Shown in pieces: positions 1-10,009 of a stretch of 64,000 nucleotides of DNA. A program made the translations under genes and the position numbers. Each line of letters begins with the position of its first letter. Positions within the stretch are counted from its first letter, which is position 1. Source of the stretch: Candidatus Poribacteria bacterium (GTDB lineage Bacteria > Poribacteria > WGA-4E > PCPOR2b); the NCBI GenBank assembly GCA_021295755.1, contig JAGWBT010000001.1, positions 2,349 through 66,348 on the forward strand. The letters are read 5' to 3'. The notes beneath the pieces were generated by a model that was not told where the DNA came from, made no database searches, and saw nothing but the letters and a program-made list of their open reading frames with translations.

Positions 1-5
1 TCGCG

Positions 6-686
6 ATGGTTGGCTCAACAGAAAAGATTGGGCGGTGCGAAGCCGAGATGTCTGAAGCCGACAAAGCGGAAGTCGTAGATAAATTGGCACGGGAAAAATT
101 ACTTGCAATTGCTTCAGATTGCACGTTGACGCCCCTGCCTCACATCACTCACATAGTTTTTTGCCACCCAACCCCTCAACACCTGACTTTCTTTAATCGA
201 TGTCAACCGGCATTCAAGTATCCCGATACGACATATATCCACCTTATTTATCAAGCCAAGGATATGGAATGGATGTGGAAATGTATCTCTTGGGAATATC
301 CAGATAAACAGATCCTTCAAAAACTCTATAAATGCATACAAGCACTCAGTCCAGATAACGGACGTCCAGTTACTCTTGAAGCCGTCATAGCGGGTGCTCA
401 TACCGATTCAATCCCGGTGCCTGCTATTAAAAACGGCATTTCAATTCTTGAAGAATTGCGACTTTTAAAGCAATATCCAAATTTTTCAGAACAAGAAATT
501 CGGCTCCTACCACCACCATCAAAGAAGCGTCAACTTCATGAATCCGAAACCTATCTTAACGGTGAACAGATAAAACAAACGAGCCAGTGGTTTTCGGAAT
601 TTCAAGTGCGGCAGAATGTTAAACAGATTTGGGAGAGAGTGTCGTATGAGTGTCAACTATCTAATTCGTCAAATCCAAGTATATAA
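6..686 (+). CDS. hypothetical protein; frame is open to window start, so 5' end may lie outside window
   Basis: 226-aa ORF with no recognisable motifs. Its 3' end overlaps the rel start by about 40 nt. No stop upstream within the window. Confidence 0.3.
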   Translation: MVGSTEKIGRCEAEMSEADKAEVVDKLAREKLLAIASDCTLTPLPHITHIVFCHPTPQHLTFFNRCQPAFKYPDTTYIHLIYQAKDMEWMWKCISWEYPDKQILQKLYKCIQALSPDNGRPVTLEAVIAGAHTDSIPVPAIKNGISILEELRLLKQYPNFSEQEIRLLPPPSKKRQLHESETYLNGEQIKQTSQWFSEFQVRQNVKQIWERVSYECQLSNSSNPSI

Positions 687-2811
687 CCCCGATGCAGATT
701 GTGATCTGTTGCGAAGAAGCTATAAATTTAGCCAAACCTGTCATCATGGTCAAATGCGGATATCCGGCGACGCTTATTTCTCGCACTGCTTTGAGACAGC
801 CAAGACGTTAGTTGAGTTGAAACTGGACACGGATACCATCTGCGCCGGGCTGCTACATGACGTACTTGAGGATACAGCGGCCACCCGTGACGAACTTGTG
901 GATCAGTTTGGAAACACAATTACCGAATTGGTTGAAGGCGTGACCAATATCAGTAAATATAAGTTCAAGGGCGGGGTTCAACAAAGGCAGGCGGAAAATT
1001 ACTTGAGGCTGCTTCTTGCAACAGCCAAAGATACCCGCGTTATCCTGATTAAGTTGGCGGATCGGTTGCACAATATGCAAACACTTGCCTCATTGCCACC
1101 ACATAAACAGGAGCGTATTGCCAAGCAAACTTTTGAGGTTTATGCGCCGCTCGCCCACCGGTTGGGTATTGCGCGGATTAAGAGCAGGCTTGAGGATTTG
1201 GCGTTCAAATATCTGCACGCTACCGAATACAGAGAGATTGCTGATCTGCTGGCGGCGAAGTTAGGTGAACGGGAAGCGTATACGAAGTGGATGGTTGATG
1301 TTGTCCAACAGGAGTTGGATCTAATGGGGATCAAGGCGAGGGTCTACGGTCGCCCCAAACATCTGTACAGTATCTATCAGAAGATTCATCAGAGAGGGGT
1401 GCCGTTTGATCAGATTCGCGATCTATTCGGACTTCGCGTGCTCGTCAATAGCATCGGAGACTGTTATGCAGTGCTTGGAATTCTACACAACAAATGGAAC
1501 CATATTCCTGAACAATTCAAGGATTTTATCGGTCTTCCCAAAGCGAACGGCTATCGGTCTTTGCACACAACAATTTTAGACCGCGGGCAGCCTGTAGAAA
1601 TTCAGATTCGGACCCATGAAATGCACCAGATCGCTGAATATGGGATTGCTGCGCATTGGCGGTATAAGGACGGGATGCCGTCGGAAGCAGATAACGAAAG
1701 GATTTTTGCTTGGTTCAGAGAAATGCTTGCAGAGATTCAGGAATTCAAGGATCCGTTCCAATTTATCCGTTCTATGAAAGGTGAGTTGTTCCCAGATGAG
1801 GTTTTCGTCTTTACGCCCAAAGGGGATCTCCACAGCTTGCCAGCCGGATCAACACCAATCGACTTCGCATACAAGATACACACTGATATTGGACAGACCT
1901 GTTCCGGGGCCGAAGTTAATGGCGCGATCGTTCCTTTTAAATATCGGTTGCAGAACGGGGATCGGGTAAAAATACAGACTCGACCGAATGGACATCCAAG
2001 CCGTGACTGGTTGCGATGGGTCAACACTGCGCGGGCACGGAATAAAATCCAGTCTTGGCTCAACGAACAAAACCGTGCACAGGCGATTGATTTGGGCAAG
2101 AGACTGCTCGAACTTGAGATGCGACAGCGCCAACTGAACTTGAAAGACTATCTCAAATCGGTAGAATTACTTGACATAGCAGAAAAACTAGTTTCGAAAA
2201 AGAAGGCGCAACTACCTCTAGTTGACGAGCTGTTTAGACAGATTGGGAATGGCAAGGAGTCGGCAACACATGTCGCCAACTTATTGAACCCTGAGCCGCC
2301 TCCGATCGCTGAGAAACAGGAAAGAACAACGCGCCCACCGCAATCTGCGCCATCAATTGAAATGGAAGGTATTGATTTAGATCTGGCGCGTATTATGAAG
2401 TGTTGTCATCCTATTCCGGGAGATGAAATCATCGGGTATCTCACGCGGGGACGTGGCATTTCCGTTCATCGCGCGGACTGCCCCCGGATTATTAATGAGC
2501 CAGAACGAATTTTTGATATTGAATGGACAGCAGTTGAGAATGTCACTTATCCAGCACCAATCACCGTTGAGTGTGACAACCGCCCCGGAATGTTAGCAGA
2601 GATAACAACATTAATCGCTCAATACAAAGTAAATATAGATACAGTCGGTTCTCACAGGTTCAATAAGGAGACCGGCCATGATCAATTCACTCTAGAGGTT
2701 AATGGAATCGAACAGCTAGAAGCTATTATGGAGTCAATTCGCTACTTAAAAGGAGTGCGGAGTATCTCCCGGATTACGTCTTTTTCGTCTGACAAACGCA
2801 GGAACCTATAA
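646..2811 (+). CDS. rel: bifunctional (p)ppGpp synthetase/hydrolase, RelA/SpoT family
   Basis: N-terminal HD hydrolase motif (GLLHDVLEDT), RelA_SpoT synthetase region (YRSLHTTI, EIQIRT), TGS-like and C-terminal ACT-like regions. Start chosen at ATG 646 (MSVNYL...), preceded by GGGAGAGAG; the track's ORF begins at 616. Confidence 0.9.
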   Translation: MSVNYLIRQIQVYNPDADCDLLRRSYKFSQTCHHGQMRISGDAYFSHCFETAKTLVELKLDTDTICAGLLHDVLEDTAATRDELVDQFGNTITELVEGVTNISKYKFKGGVQQRQAENYLRLLLATAKDTRVILIKLADRLHNMQTLASLPPHKQERIAKQTFEVYAPLAHRLGIARIKSRLEDLAFKYLHATEYREIADLLAAKLGEREAYTKWMVDVVQQELDLMGIKARVYGRPKHLYSIYQKIHQRGVPFDQIRDLFGLRVLVNSIGDCYAVLGILHNKWNHIPEQFKDFIGLPKANGYRSLHTTILDRGQPVEIQIRTHEMHQIAEYGIAAHWRYKDGMPSEADNERIFAWFREMLAEIQEFKDPFQFIRSMKGELFPDEVFVFTPKGDLHSLPAGSTPIDFAYKIHTDIGQTCSGAEVNGAIVPFKYRLQNGDRVKIQTRPNGHPSRDWLRWVNTARARNKIQSWLNEQNRAQAIDLGKRLLELEMRQRQLNLKDYLKSVELLDIAEKLVSKKKAQLPLVDELFRQIGNGKESATHVANLLNPEPPPIAEKQERTTRPPQSAPSIEMEGIDLDLARIMKCCHPIPGDEIIGYLTRGRGISVHRADCPRIINEPERIFDIEWTAVENVTYPAPITVECDNRPGMLAEITTLIAQYKVNIDTVGSHRFNKETGHDQFTLEVNGIEQLEAIMESIRYLKGVRSISRITSFSSDKRRNL

Positions 2812-2853
2812 CGAGCGTCAAAATCTGACATTACCTATCCCCACACGACACTT

Positions 2854-3087
2854 TCAATTGCCATAGGCAACTTGTGCCCCACCAGAAATCGATTTTATAA
2901 TTTTCCCGGTGCGGAGGCATCGCACGCATACACGGACGCGCTGACTCCCACTTTCTGTTTGAATGCGGACCCGCTGTAGGTTTGGTAGTTGTCTATGTTT
3001 TGAACGCTTACTGATCTGCCCACGGGTTCGGGCAATTTTATTACCTGCCATCGGTTTTTTTCCACAAACATGGCAAACTCGAGCCAA
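2854..3087 (-). CDS. rpmB: 50S ribosomal protein L28
   Basis: Translation is (M)ARVCHVCGKKPMAGNKIARTRGQISKRSKHRQLPNLQRVRIQTESGSQRVRVCVRCLRTGKI, the L28 pattern (ARVCxVCGK...GN...PNLQ...V.VC..CLRTGK). TTG start at 3087 is preceded by GAGAGGAGG with about 7 nt spacing. The track shows it as a longer ORF from GTG 3096. Confidence 0.75.
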   Translation of the reverse strand: MARVCHVCGKKPMAGNKIARTRGQISKRSKHRQLPNLQRVRIQTESGSQRVRVCVRCLRTGKIIKSISGGAQVAYGN

Positions 3088-3283
3088 TTGAACCACCTCC
3101 TCTCTTCGTAGTGCAGCCCATTAAACATATCATATGCCCTGTTGAAATGCAAGGTTTTTGTGTCTTCTCGATTGAATCTCTATATTGAATCTGCCGAATT
3201 CAAGTTTTGAATAAGCCGGGTTTTAAGGCTTTCTTCTGTGCGCTGTAGCGTCGTAGAAGGCCATAATAGCAATAATTGCGCTG

Positions 3284-4855
3284 CTAGCCACCCGCCGGTG
3301 CAATCCGTTCTACCTCCAATCCTTCCGGGCGGAGAAAGTCCTTATAACGCGTCTGTATCTCGACACCATTGAGACTACGGGTAAAACCTGCTGTCTCTGT
3401 GAAATGCTTAGCTGTGATTTCGAGCGTATTTTCTCCTCGTTTAATGTTATCCAGTTCCAGTTTGTACCGGAACCAGTGAGCGGACATACCGAGGGGTGCT
3501 TGGAGGTGCATCGAACCCGCGAGTCTTACCGGTATGGTCAAGGCACGCTCGTCAGTAATTTCTGCTTCCTCCCACGGCAGTGCCATGCCATTGAAGCGGA
3601 ATTCAATATCATCCTCAATACAGAAGAAGGAAAAGCGAAGAGTGAGGATCGGTTTGCGCAGCTCGCTGTCGTTCTTGGCGCTTTCAAGGTCATCGGCAAC
3701 CCAGATGTTGACAGCAGCGGTTTCCCCTTCCTTAAGTTCCAATGGCAGCTGACGCTCCGGTGTGGTTGTTGGTTTGTCCGGCTCTCCCTCTCGTGGTTGG
3801 AGTAGATAACGCTTATCGCTCCGTGCATGAACTTCAGGATAAGCGACCTCTCGCAGAATCTGGTATTCCCTTTCGCTGAACGGCCAAGACAGATAGCCGT
3901 CATACAACCCAGCCCAGCCATCCCAGCTGAGTGTCTGTGCGAGCGCATTGTACATTTCAATACTTGGCAGACCAACCCGTTCATCATAGACGCGGCGGGG
4001 TGGCCGGTAGTAGGCTGCGGCACCGGCTGCATTAGCAGCATCGGGCAGCCACCGAGGTTTCGGCTGCGTCTCGGTCAGCACATACGGATCTTGTCCGACC
4101 ACATAATCGATGCTACCCTCCTTGAGCCATGTTTCCACATCCAGTCCCATCGACAGGTTTTTCTCTTTCTCAAGATCAACGCGCGCCATAACGGGAATCT
4201 CTCTTCCCTGTCGAGTTCCAATAGCGTTTGCCATCTCCCGAATTTCCGCCACGAAGCCATTCATCAACGAAATGTTTTTCTCAATCTCCGCCTGCTTGAA
4301 ATAATATGAATCGAACATAAAGTCCAACTCGATCCCATCAGCCTCATAGTCCTGCAGCATCTCCCTGAGCACAGCAAGTTTATCCTGTTGCACTAACTCA
4401 TGCGCAAAATCATAACACCATTCCGCCCTTCCTGCCTCTCCGATGCACACCTCGGCACCATGGTTCCATTTCAGCAAACCGCACCGCTCGCTCCCCGGCG
4501 GTGAACTTGCCTGTAACTTCAGGGAAGGAAATACGGTCAACCCCATTTCACGTCCGCGTTTGATGACCTCCTCTACTTGGTCAGTACCCATCTTTTTGGC
4601 TTCCTCCACCATTCGCATAATTCGCCAGTCGATGTAATTTTCCCAAACCTCCTTCATCTGCCCCACAACACGCCCAACGTTGCTGTTATGGAAGTACACA
4701 TCAGCGTATCCAAGTCCTAACACTAAGAGATCGACACCGGTGCCAAGTACCTCATCGACGGGCCATTGGAGTTTAGGGATGGAAGCCGGCGGTTCTATCC
4801 GCTTTGCGTTGAAATGATGGGCATCGTTATAATAAATCAGTCGGGGTTTCTGCAT
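3284..4855 (-). CDS. hypothetical protein, possibly a glycoside-hydrolase-like TIM-barrel enzyme
   Basis: 523-aa ORF. A DGIELDFMFDSYYF-type acidic motif resembles catalytic regions of GH-like (GHL10/YngK-type) TIM barrels. Otherwise unrecognised. Confidence 0.5.
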   Translation of the reverse strand: MQKPRLIYYNDAHHFNAKRIEPPASIPKLQWPVDEVLGTGVDLLVLGLGYADVYFHNSNVGRVVGQMKEVWENYIDWRIMRMVEEAKKMGTDQVEEVIKRGREMGLTVFPSLKLQASSPPGSERCGLLKWNHGAEVCIGEAGRAEWCYDFAHELVQQDKLAVLREMLQDYEADGIELDFMFDSYYFKQAEIEKNISLMNGFVAEIREMANAIGTRQGREIPVMARVDLEKEKNLSMGLDVETWLKEGSIDYVVGQDPYVLTETQPKPRWLPDAANAAGAAAYYRPPRRVYDERVGLPSIEMYNALAQTLSWDGWAGLYDGYLSWPFSEREYQILREVAYPEVHARSDKRYLLQPREGEPDKPTTTPERQLPLELKEGETAAVNIWVADDLESAKNDSELRKPILTLRFSFFCIEDDIEFRFNGMALPWEEAEITDERALTIPVRLAGSMHLQAPLGMSAHWFRYKLELDNIKRGENTLEITAKHFTETAGFTRSLNGVEIQTRYKDFLRPEGLEVERIAPAGG

Positions 4856-4942
4856 CGCTATATTCCTCCTCTGAGGTCAAATCGTGGGAACAGGTTAATA
4901 GCTCCTGTAGTTTGGGCGGCAGAAATCGCGTCCCTACGTGTG

Positions 4943-6478
4943 TCACGCCACAATTCTCGCTGGTTTGCCCTGTTGAAGGACAATATGCTTTTTCCATTTT
5001 ACATCGTATTGTTTAGGAAAATCCTCTCGATAATGTGCGCCGCGACTCTCAGTGCGCAGAACTGCTGCTTCCGTTATCAATGCCGCAACATCGTGCATAT
5101 TTTGAAACTCAAATTCCTCGATATTGTGCCAATGGGAATTCAGTTTTAGCGCTTTCAATTCATCGAATGTTGCCTCTAAATCTTTACTATCTCTAACAGG
5201 CCCCACCTGCTGCCACATCATCTCTTGCACGAACTCCTGTACCGCTTCAATCGCAGCGTCGGGAGATGCTGTTTGAGAGAGAGTAAAGTCATCAGCAGAG
5301 GAAATACGGAGGTTCGCATAGCTGCCAGATTGGATCGAGCGTGCATATTCCACAGCTTTCCTCCCGGCGCGCGTACCAAACACAATACATTCAAATAAAG
5401 GATTGTGTGCCAGTGGACTTGCCCCGTGAACGCCGGTACAGGCAACCTCACCACACGCATATAGCCCACGGACGGATGTCTCTGCGTTTAGATTCGTGCA
5501 AACACCGCCCATCATGAAATGTGCGGCGGATCTGACAGGAATAACATCGGTGGTAATATCAATTCCAAACTGATGGCAAAACTGATAGATATTGGAAAAG
5601 CGACCTCGTATAAAATCAGATGATAGGTGGGTTATATCTAGATAGACACATGGGCTTCCGGTTAATTCCATCTCATTCCAAATCGCACGAGCTACGACAT
5701 TACACGGCGCCAGTTCCTCCATTTCGTGGTATCTTGCCATGAACCGTTCCCCGCGCGAATTAATTAAAATACCCCCAGCCTCACGTGCCCCTGTACCAAT
5801 CAAACAGTGCGATGCGTCCATCAGGAACAGAGTCGTCGGATGAAATTGGATAAACTCCATGTCCATCATCTCACAGCCCGCCCGCCAAGCTGCCGCGTAA
5901 CCATCGCCTGTTGCAATCGCAGGGTTCGACGTACATTGAAAGATGTTTCCAAGCCCGCCTGAGGCGAGGATGGTAGCTTTGGCAAAAATGCAGTGAAGCG
6001 CGTCGTTAATAAGGCTAACGACCCCATAGCATCTATCCCCTTGCGTCATCAAGTCGACTACAAAGGCTTGTTCGATTACCCGCACATTCTTCTGGCCTTT
6101 GAAGTAATCGGCTAATGTCGTTTCCTCCTCTTTGTCACAATGTGTTCGTGCCTGAATCAATTCTGACACCTGTTGAATACCCTTTTCAACCATCACCTCG
6201 ACAGCAGGCTGATTGCAGAGGCCAAGACCCGCTTTGAGAGTTGCTTCAACATGGGAAGCGGGCGTAATCTCTTCACTCATGATGGCAGAAATTCCACCTT
6301 TAGCATCGGGGTGATTATCTTCTTTTATCGCTTCCTTAGTAATTAGTAGGACATCACCGTGCTGGCTGGCTTCCATCGCTGCGTTTAGCCCGGCGCTCCC
6401 GGTACCAATCACTAAGAAATCGGTGTCAATCCTTGGTAATTCGGCTGAATCAAATTGGACGATATATTGACGGGTCAT
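4943..6478 (-). CDS. nadB: L-aspartate oxidase (FAD-dependent; succinate dehydrogenase/fumarate reductase flavoprotein family)
   Basis: N-terminal FAD fold (VIGTGSAGL). Segments TSNPAIATGDGYAAAWRAGC..EFIQFHPT, ELAPCNVVARAI, SAAHFMMGGV, GLYACGEV..TGVHGA and ESRGAHYREDFP align block by block with E. coli NadB. Confidence 0.8.
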   Translation of the reverse strand: MTRQYIVQFDSAELPRIDTDFLVIGTGSAGLNAAMEASQHGDVLLITKEAIKEDNHPDAKGGISAIMSEEITPASHVEATLKAGLGLCNQPAVEVMVEKGIQQVSELIQARTHCDKEEETTLADYFKGQKNVRVIEQAFVVDLMTQGDRCYGVVSLINDALHCIFAKATILASGGLGNIFQCTSNPAIATGDGYAAAWRAGCEMMDMEFIQFHPTTLFLMDASHCLIGTGAREAGGILINSRGERFMARYHEMEELAPCNVVARAIWNEMELTGSPCVYLDITHLSSDFIRGRFSNIYQFCHQFGIDITTDVIPVRSAAHFMMGGVCTNLNAETSVRGLYACGEVACTGVHGASPLAHNPLFECIVFGTRAGRKAVEYARSIQSGSYANLRISSADDFTLSQTASPDAAIEAVQEFVQEMMWQQVGPVRDSKDLEATFDELKALKLNSHWHNIEEFEFQNMHDVAALITEAAVLRTESRGAHYREDFPKQYDVKWKKHIVLQQGKPARIVA

Positions 6479-6620
6479 TATAGATCTGATACGGTTAGGA
6501 GGATTATACGTGCCCTCCTCTCTTGAATGTAGCCTTGGTTTCGTTCAAAGAAGGCTGGCGTTTTACTACCGGTACGTAAAACTATTGCCAAACATAGGAT
6601 CACACCACAGTCCGTATGTG

Positions 6621-7031
6621 TCAAAAAGCACCAGCAACTTTGATCACCTTTCCGTTTCCCTCGACGATTCGAACTCCATCTTCTGAATCGATGTGTGCTT
6701 CAACTTCGATGAGACGCTTTCCCAACTTAACTAGATTGGCGGTAACAACCAGTTTATCGCCCGCCATTGCAGGTTTCTTGAATCGGACCTCAAGCTGCGC
6801 CGTTACCGCAGGTCCATCAAAGCTCGCGATACCCACATAGGTAATCGCTTCATCGAGGAGTGTACTCAAGATTCCGCCGTGGATTACATTTGCCCAGCCT
6901 TGAAAATGACCGGGGGGTGTGCACTCAATCTTGACCCGCGTTCCATCGGGGGAGATATCTGGATTAACCTGCAATCCAAAAGGGTTTTCCTTACCACATG
7001 CAAAACATTGATTGTTGTTCTCAACGCGCAT
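6621..7031 (-). CDS. PaaI/YbgC-like hotdog-fold thioesterase
   Basis: 136 aa. CFACG..NP.GL near N-terminus, HGG motif and LLDEA motif typical of PaaI-family thioesterases. Confidence 0.75.
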   Translation of the reverse strand: MRVENNNQCFACGKENPFGLQVNPDISPDGTRVKIECTPPGHFQGWANVIHGGILSTLLDEAITYVGIASFDGPAVTAQLEVRFKKPAMAGDKLVVTANLVKLGKRLIEVEAHIDSEDGVRIVEGNGKVIKVAGAF

Positions 7032-7182
7032 CCATCAACTCCTGCTGATTTGTCAAACCTAACATAAAATCGTATTGTAGCACACCGTATGACAAAAGGC
7101 AAATGAAATCCAGAACCTTACCTGCCATTATAACCGGAGCAAATATCAGCTACTAACGCTGAAATTTTTGCTGATAATTCTC

Positions 7183-7211
7183 TTGACAGAAACACGAATA
7201 TTTTGTAAACT
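7183..7211 (+). promoter_or_regulatory. sigma70-type promoter upstream of the HEAT-repeat lipoprotein gene
   Basis: TTGACA (7183-7188), 17-nt spacer, TAAACT (7206-7211). Lies about 85 nt upstream of ATG 7298. Confidence 0.45.
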
Positions 7212-7297
7212 TAACTTCCACGCAAAAGATATATGCGCTGAGAAGGACGTTCTACCCAATAAATCCCTTAAATGAAAGAGGAGAAAAAGAGTTAGAT

Positions 7298-8518
7298 ATG
7301 AAAAAGTTTTCAACCCTACTGATATTTCTTATTTTGGCGGTTAGTGTCGGGTGTGAGCAAGAACAACCTATTACACAACTTGAAGTCGGGAAAAATAAGC
7401 TGCTCAATGCCGGTTTAGCAATCGAGGCCGTTAACCACCTGAAAAGAGCGGAAATTGAGGAAGCCAAAACCGAGGCGGAAAAAGTGGAACCACGGGCATT
7501 GTTATTGATTGCCTACTCATATGCCATCTTTACCGGGGATGCTAAAACTCAAGAAGCTGAAATTCCGGGATTGGAAGCCGAGTATAAACAAGCACGGGAG
7601 GAAAGGATTGCAACATTAAGCAGCACTGAAATGAAGAAAATACTGCAACTGCTGGCTGAAAGACATCGTACACAAGACGCAACTATACAGATCTTGGTCG
7701 ATAAAGGAGCAGATGCTGCTCCTGTATTACTCGAATATCTTGGCACTAGAAGGTATATGGTCCTTAGACCCGACTTGATTGAGATCCTATATCAAATCGG
7801 GTCCGAAGCTATAGACCACTTAACCGCTGCACTCAAGAATGCCGAAACCTCCCCAGAGATGAAAATGACACTGACGCAGTTGATTGGGCGGATAAACGAT
7901 CCGCGCGCTATTCCTGCTCTAGAGGCAGTCCAAAGCGGGAGTACCCCGGGGCTGAGAATGGAAATCAACATCGCGCTTTATAACCTTGGCAAGCAAGAGT
8001 ATAGAACAGAAATCATCAATGGGTTAAACGATAACGATGTTGAGGTGCGGCGTGCAGCTGCGCAAGCGATGTTAAAACTTGACGATCCGCCGGTAGATGA
8101 AATTGTTAACGCGCTCAAGGATCTCGATCCCCGAGTGCGTATGTACGCAGCCCAAACGCTTAAACAATATCCAACTGAAAAAGCTATCGATCGGCTCATT
8201 GAAATTCTGGTAGCTGATACAGACGAGTCCGCTAGAGAAGCAGCCGGAAAAGCTTTAATCGTTCATGCTAGTCAAGATTTTGGACAAGGGATTGCACGGC
8301 AACTCATTCAAGCGTTACCGACTGTGAGCGATCCAAAAGAGAGGATACGAATTGTCTTAGTCCTCAAAAAAGATGCACTTATAAAGCAGATTAAGAACGC
8401 ACCAAGAACGTATGATAGTAATATTGAACTTGACCTCTATCTTTATTCTGCAAACGTAGAACAGAACGATATGGTTAAAGAAGAGCTCAGCATGTTGTTG
8501 AATACTTTGGGACGTTAA
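7298..8518 (+). CDS. HEAT-repeat (PBS-lyase-like) lipoprotein
   Basis: Signal peptide with lipobox (LAVSVGC). Repeated A..AL..LGD / VR..AA.AL helical repeat units. RBS AGAGGAG. Paralogous to 16860..18158. Confidence 0.75.
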   Translation: MKKFSTLLIFLILAVSVGCEQEQPITQLEVGKNKLLNAGLAIEAVNHLKRAEIEEAKTEAEKVEPRALLLIAYSYAIFTGDAKTQEAEIPGLEAEYKQAREERIATLSSTEMKKILQLLAERHRTQDATIQILVDKGADAAPVLLEYLGTRRYMVLRPDLIEILYQIGSEAIDHLTAALKNAETSPEMKMTLTQLIGRINDPRAIPALEAVQSGSTPGLRMEINIALYNLGKQEYRTEIINGLNDNDVEVRRAAAQAMLKLDDPPVDEIVNALKDLDPRVRMYAAQTLKQYPTEKAIDRLIEILVADTDESAREAAGKALIVHASQDFGQGIARQLIQALPTVSDPKERIRIVLVLKKDALIKQIKNAPRTYDSNIELDLYLYSANVEQNDMVKEELSMLLNTLGR

Positions 8519-8991
8519 AGGGGCTCTTGAGCGCTTGAAAATACCACGATGCTCTCAGCCATCTTGCGTGAATTGATACAAAATACCGGCGATATCGACT
8601 GAAACAGCATATATTTAACTCTAACCATTGATTGGGTAATGTCGTTTGCTATGTAGCCGTGCAAGATGCGGTGTAGTAGCGCATATAAGTTGCAATGTAT
8701 AAAGTCGGTGAATAGTCGTTAATTTTGCCCAGTATAAATCGCGTCCTAGAGTTTATTCAGTCATTTCTCGGTTCTCGGTGGTAAAACTAGGTCTAGTTGA
8801 TTCAACCAGCAGATTTTTCTTTCTAATGCTGGTTATTTGATTACTTGTTGCTAATCTGATATCGGAGAACCATACGCCATATTTCCAGGATCTTTAAGAT
8901 AATTCTGTGTTGTTAACACACCGAACCCTATATCACCTGAAAATATCCCAACATTTAATTCTCCCGGATAGCGACTGGAAGTAGGCCGACT

Positions 8992-9684
8992 ATGTCCCGT
9001 TTATGTTCCGCACTCGGAACAGTTGTTAGCCCAGCTACCCATGTTGATGTGCCCGGACAGACGGACTACAAGGGTCGGTTTATTGTACTGTCACCGATCA
9101 ATCCGCAAGCTGATGCTCAAGAACTCTACAGCTGCACCCACGGCTCGGACATGAAGGAGCAGATATGGACCTACATGAGTTATGGTCCCTTTGACAGTGT
9201 ACAGGGTATGCGACAGTGGCTTGAAGTTAGTGCAAAATCGAAAGATCCACTCTTTTTCACGGTACATCATCGCGAATCGAAGCGCCGGGTGGGGATGGTG
9301 GGTTTTCTAAACATCATCTCCGATATGCGACGACTCGAGTTAGGACACATTTGGTATTCGCTCAATGCTCAAAGATCAAACGTAAATACGGAATGTATAT
9401 ATCTAATGCTCTGTGAGGCATTCGATAGGCTGAAATACCGTCGCGTGGAGTGGAAATGTGATTCCCTGAATAAGCGATCGCGACTCGCCGCCCTCCGTCT
9501 CGGTTTTCAGTTTGAAGGTATCTTCAAACAACACATGATCGTGAAAGGTCGAAATCGGGATACTGCATGGTATTCACTATTAGACAACGAGTGGGCTGAT
9601 GTGAAGAAGAACATGGAAATATGGTTGTATCATAATCCGAACCAGCAGTTGTCCTTAACAACACTCAATAGCAATAGGTCCTGA
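8992..9684 (+). CDS. GNAT family N-acetyltransferase (RimJ/RimL-like)
   Basis: 230 aa. Acetyl-CoA-binding-like segment (RRVEWKCDSLNKRSRLAALRLGFQFEG) typical of Acetyltransf_3 GNATs. Confidence 0.7.
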   Translation: MSRLCSALGTVVSPATHVDVPGQTDYKGRFIVLSPINPQADAQELYSCTHGSDMKEQIWTYMSYGPFDSVQGMRQWLEVSAKSKDPLFFTVHHRESKRRVGMVGFLNIISDMRRLELGHIWYSLNAQRSNVNTECIYLMLCEAFDRLKYRRVEWKCDSLNKRSRLAALRLGFQFEGIFKQHMIVKGRNRDTAWYSLLDNEWADVKKNMEIWLYHNPNQQLSLTTLNSNRS

Positions 9685-9899
9685 CTGATTGAAATTGTCT
9701 TCAAATCCTATAATCTGAAAAAAGTCTGCTGTTGTCGACGCTGAGCACGAGTATCCAGAATTAGATTAAAAATAGCCTTCTACTCCCCTCTCCTTCCACT
9801 TTGCGATTCAGTTCTTAACTATGCAGTATGTACTGCCTGCTGAAGCAGTTGCTGCGTGAAATCTGAATCCTCGCCTCTTCTTCCTATATTTTTCTGATG

Positions 9900-9928
9900 T
9901 TGACATCCCAAATTTGCTATGGTATAAA
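9900..9928 (+). promoter_or_regulatory. sigma70-type promoter upstream of the TamB-like gene
   Basis: TTGACA (9900-9905), 17 nt, TATAAA(T) (9923-9928). Lies about 80 nt upstream of ATG 10010. Confidence 0.5.
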
Positions 9929-10009
9929 TTGGAGCGAATCCCGACATCCGCTTTTGGCGTTTTCTGGCGTTGAAACCTTGTCAAAAATAAAAAGGTTGAG
10001 ATAAATTCT

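Noticed and set aside
114-401. 95-aa antisense ORF inside the first partial CDS
   Set aside because: Fully embedded antisense to a longer ORF. No RBS or motif support.
2895-3152. 85-aa minus-strand ORF overlapping the L28 gene in another frame
   Set aside because: Out of frame with a clearly recognisable rpmB. No motifs and no RBS of its own.
8519-8991. 473-nt ORF-free region after the first HEAT-repeat gene, examined for an ncRNA
   Set aside because: Only a short 7-bp stem (AACCAGC...GCTGGTT at about 8806-8836) and AT-rich sequence were found. It has no resemblance to known ncRNA consensus and cannot be called.
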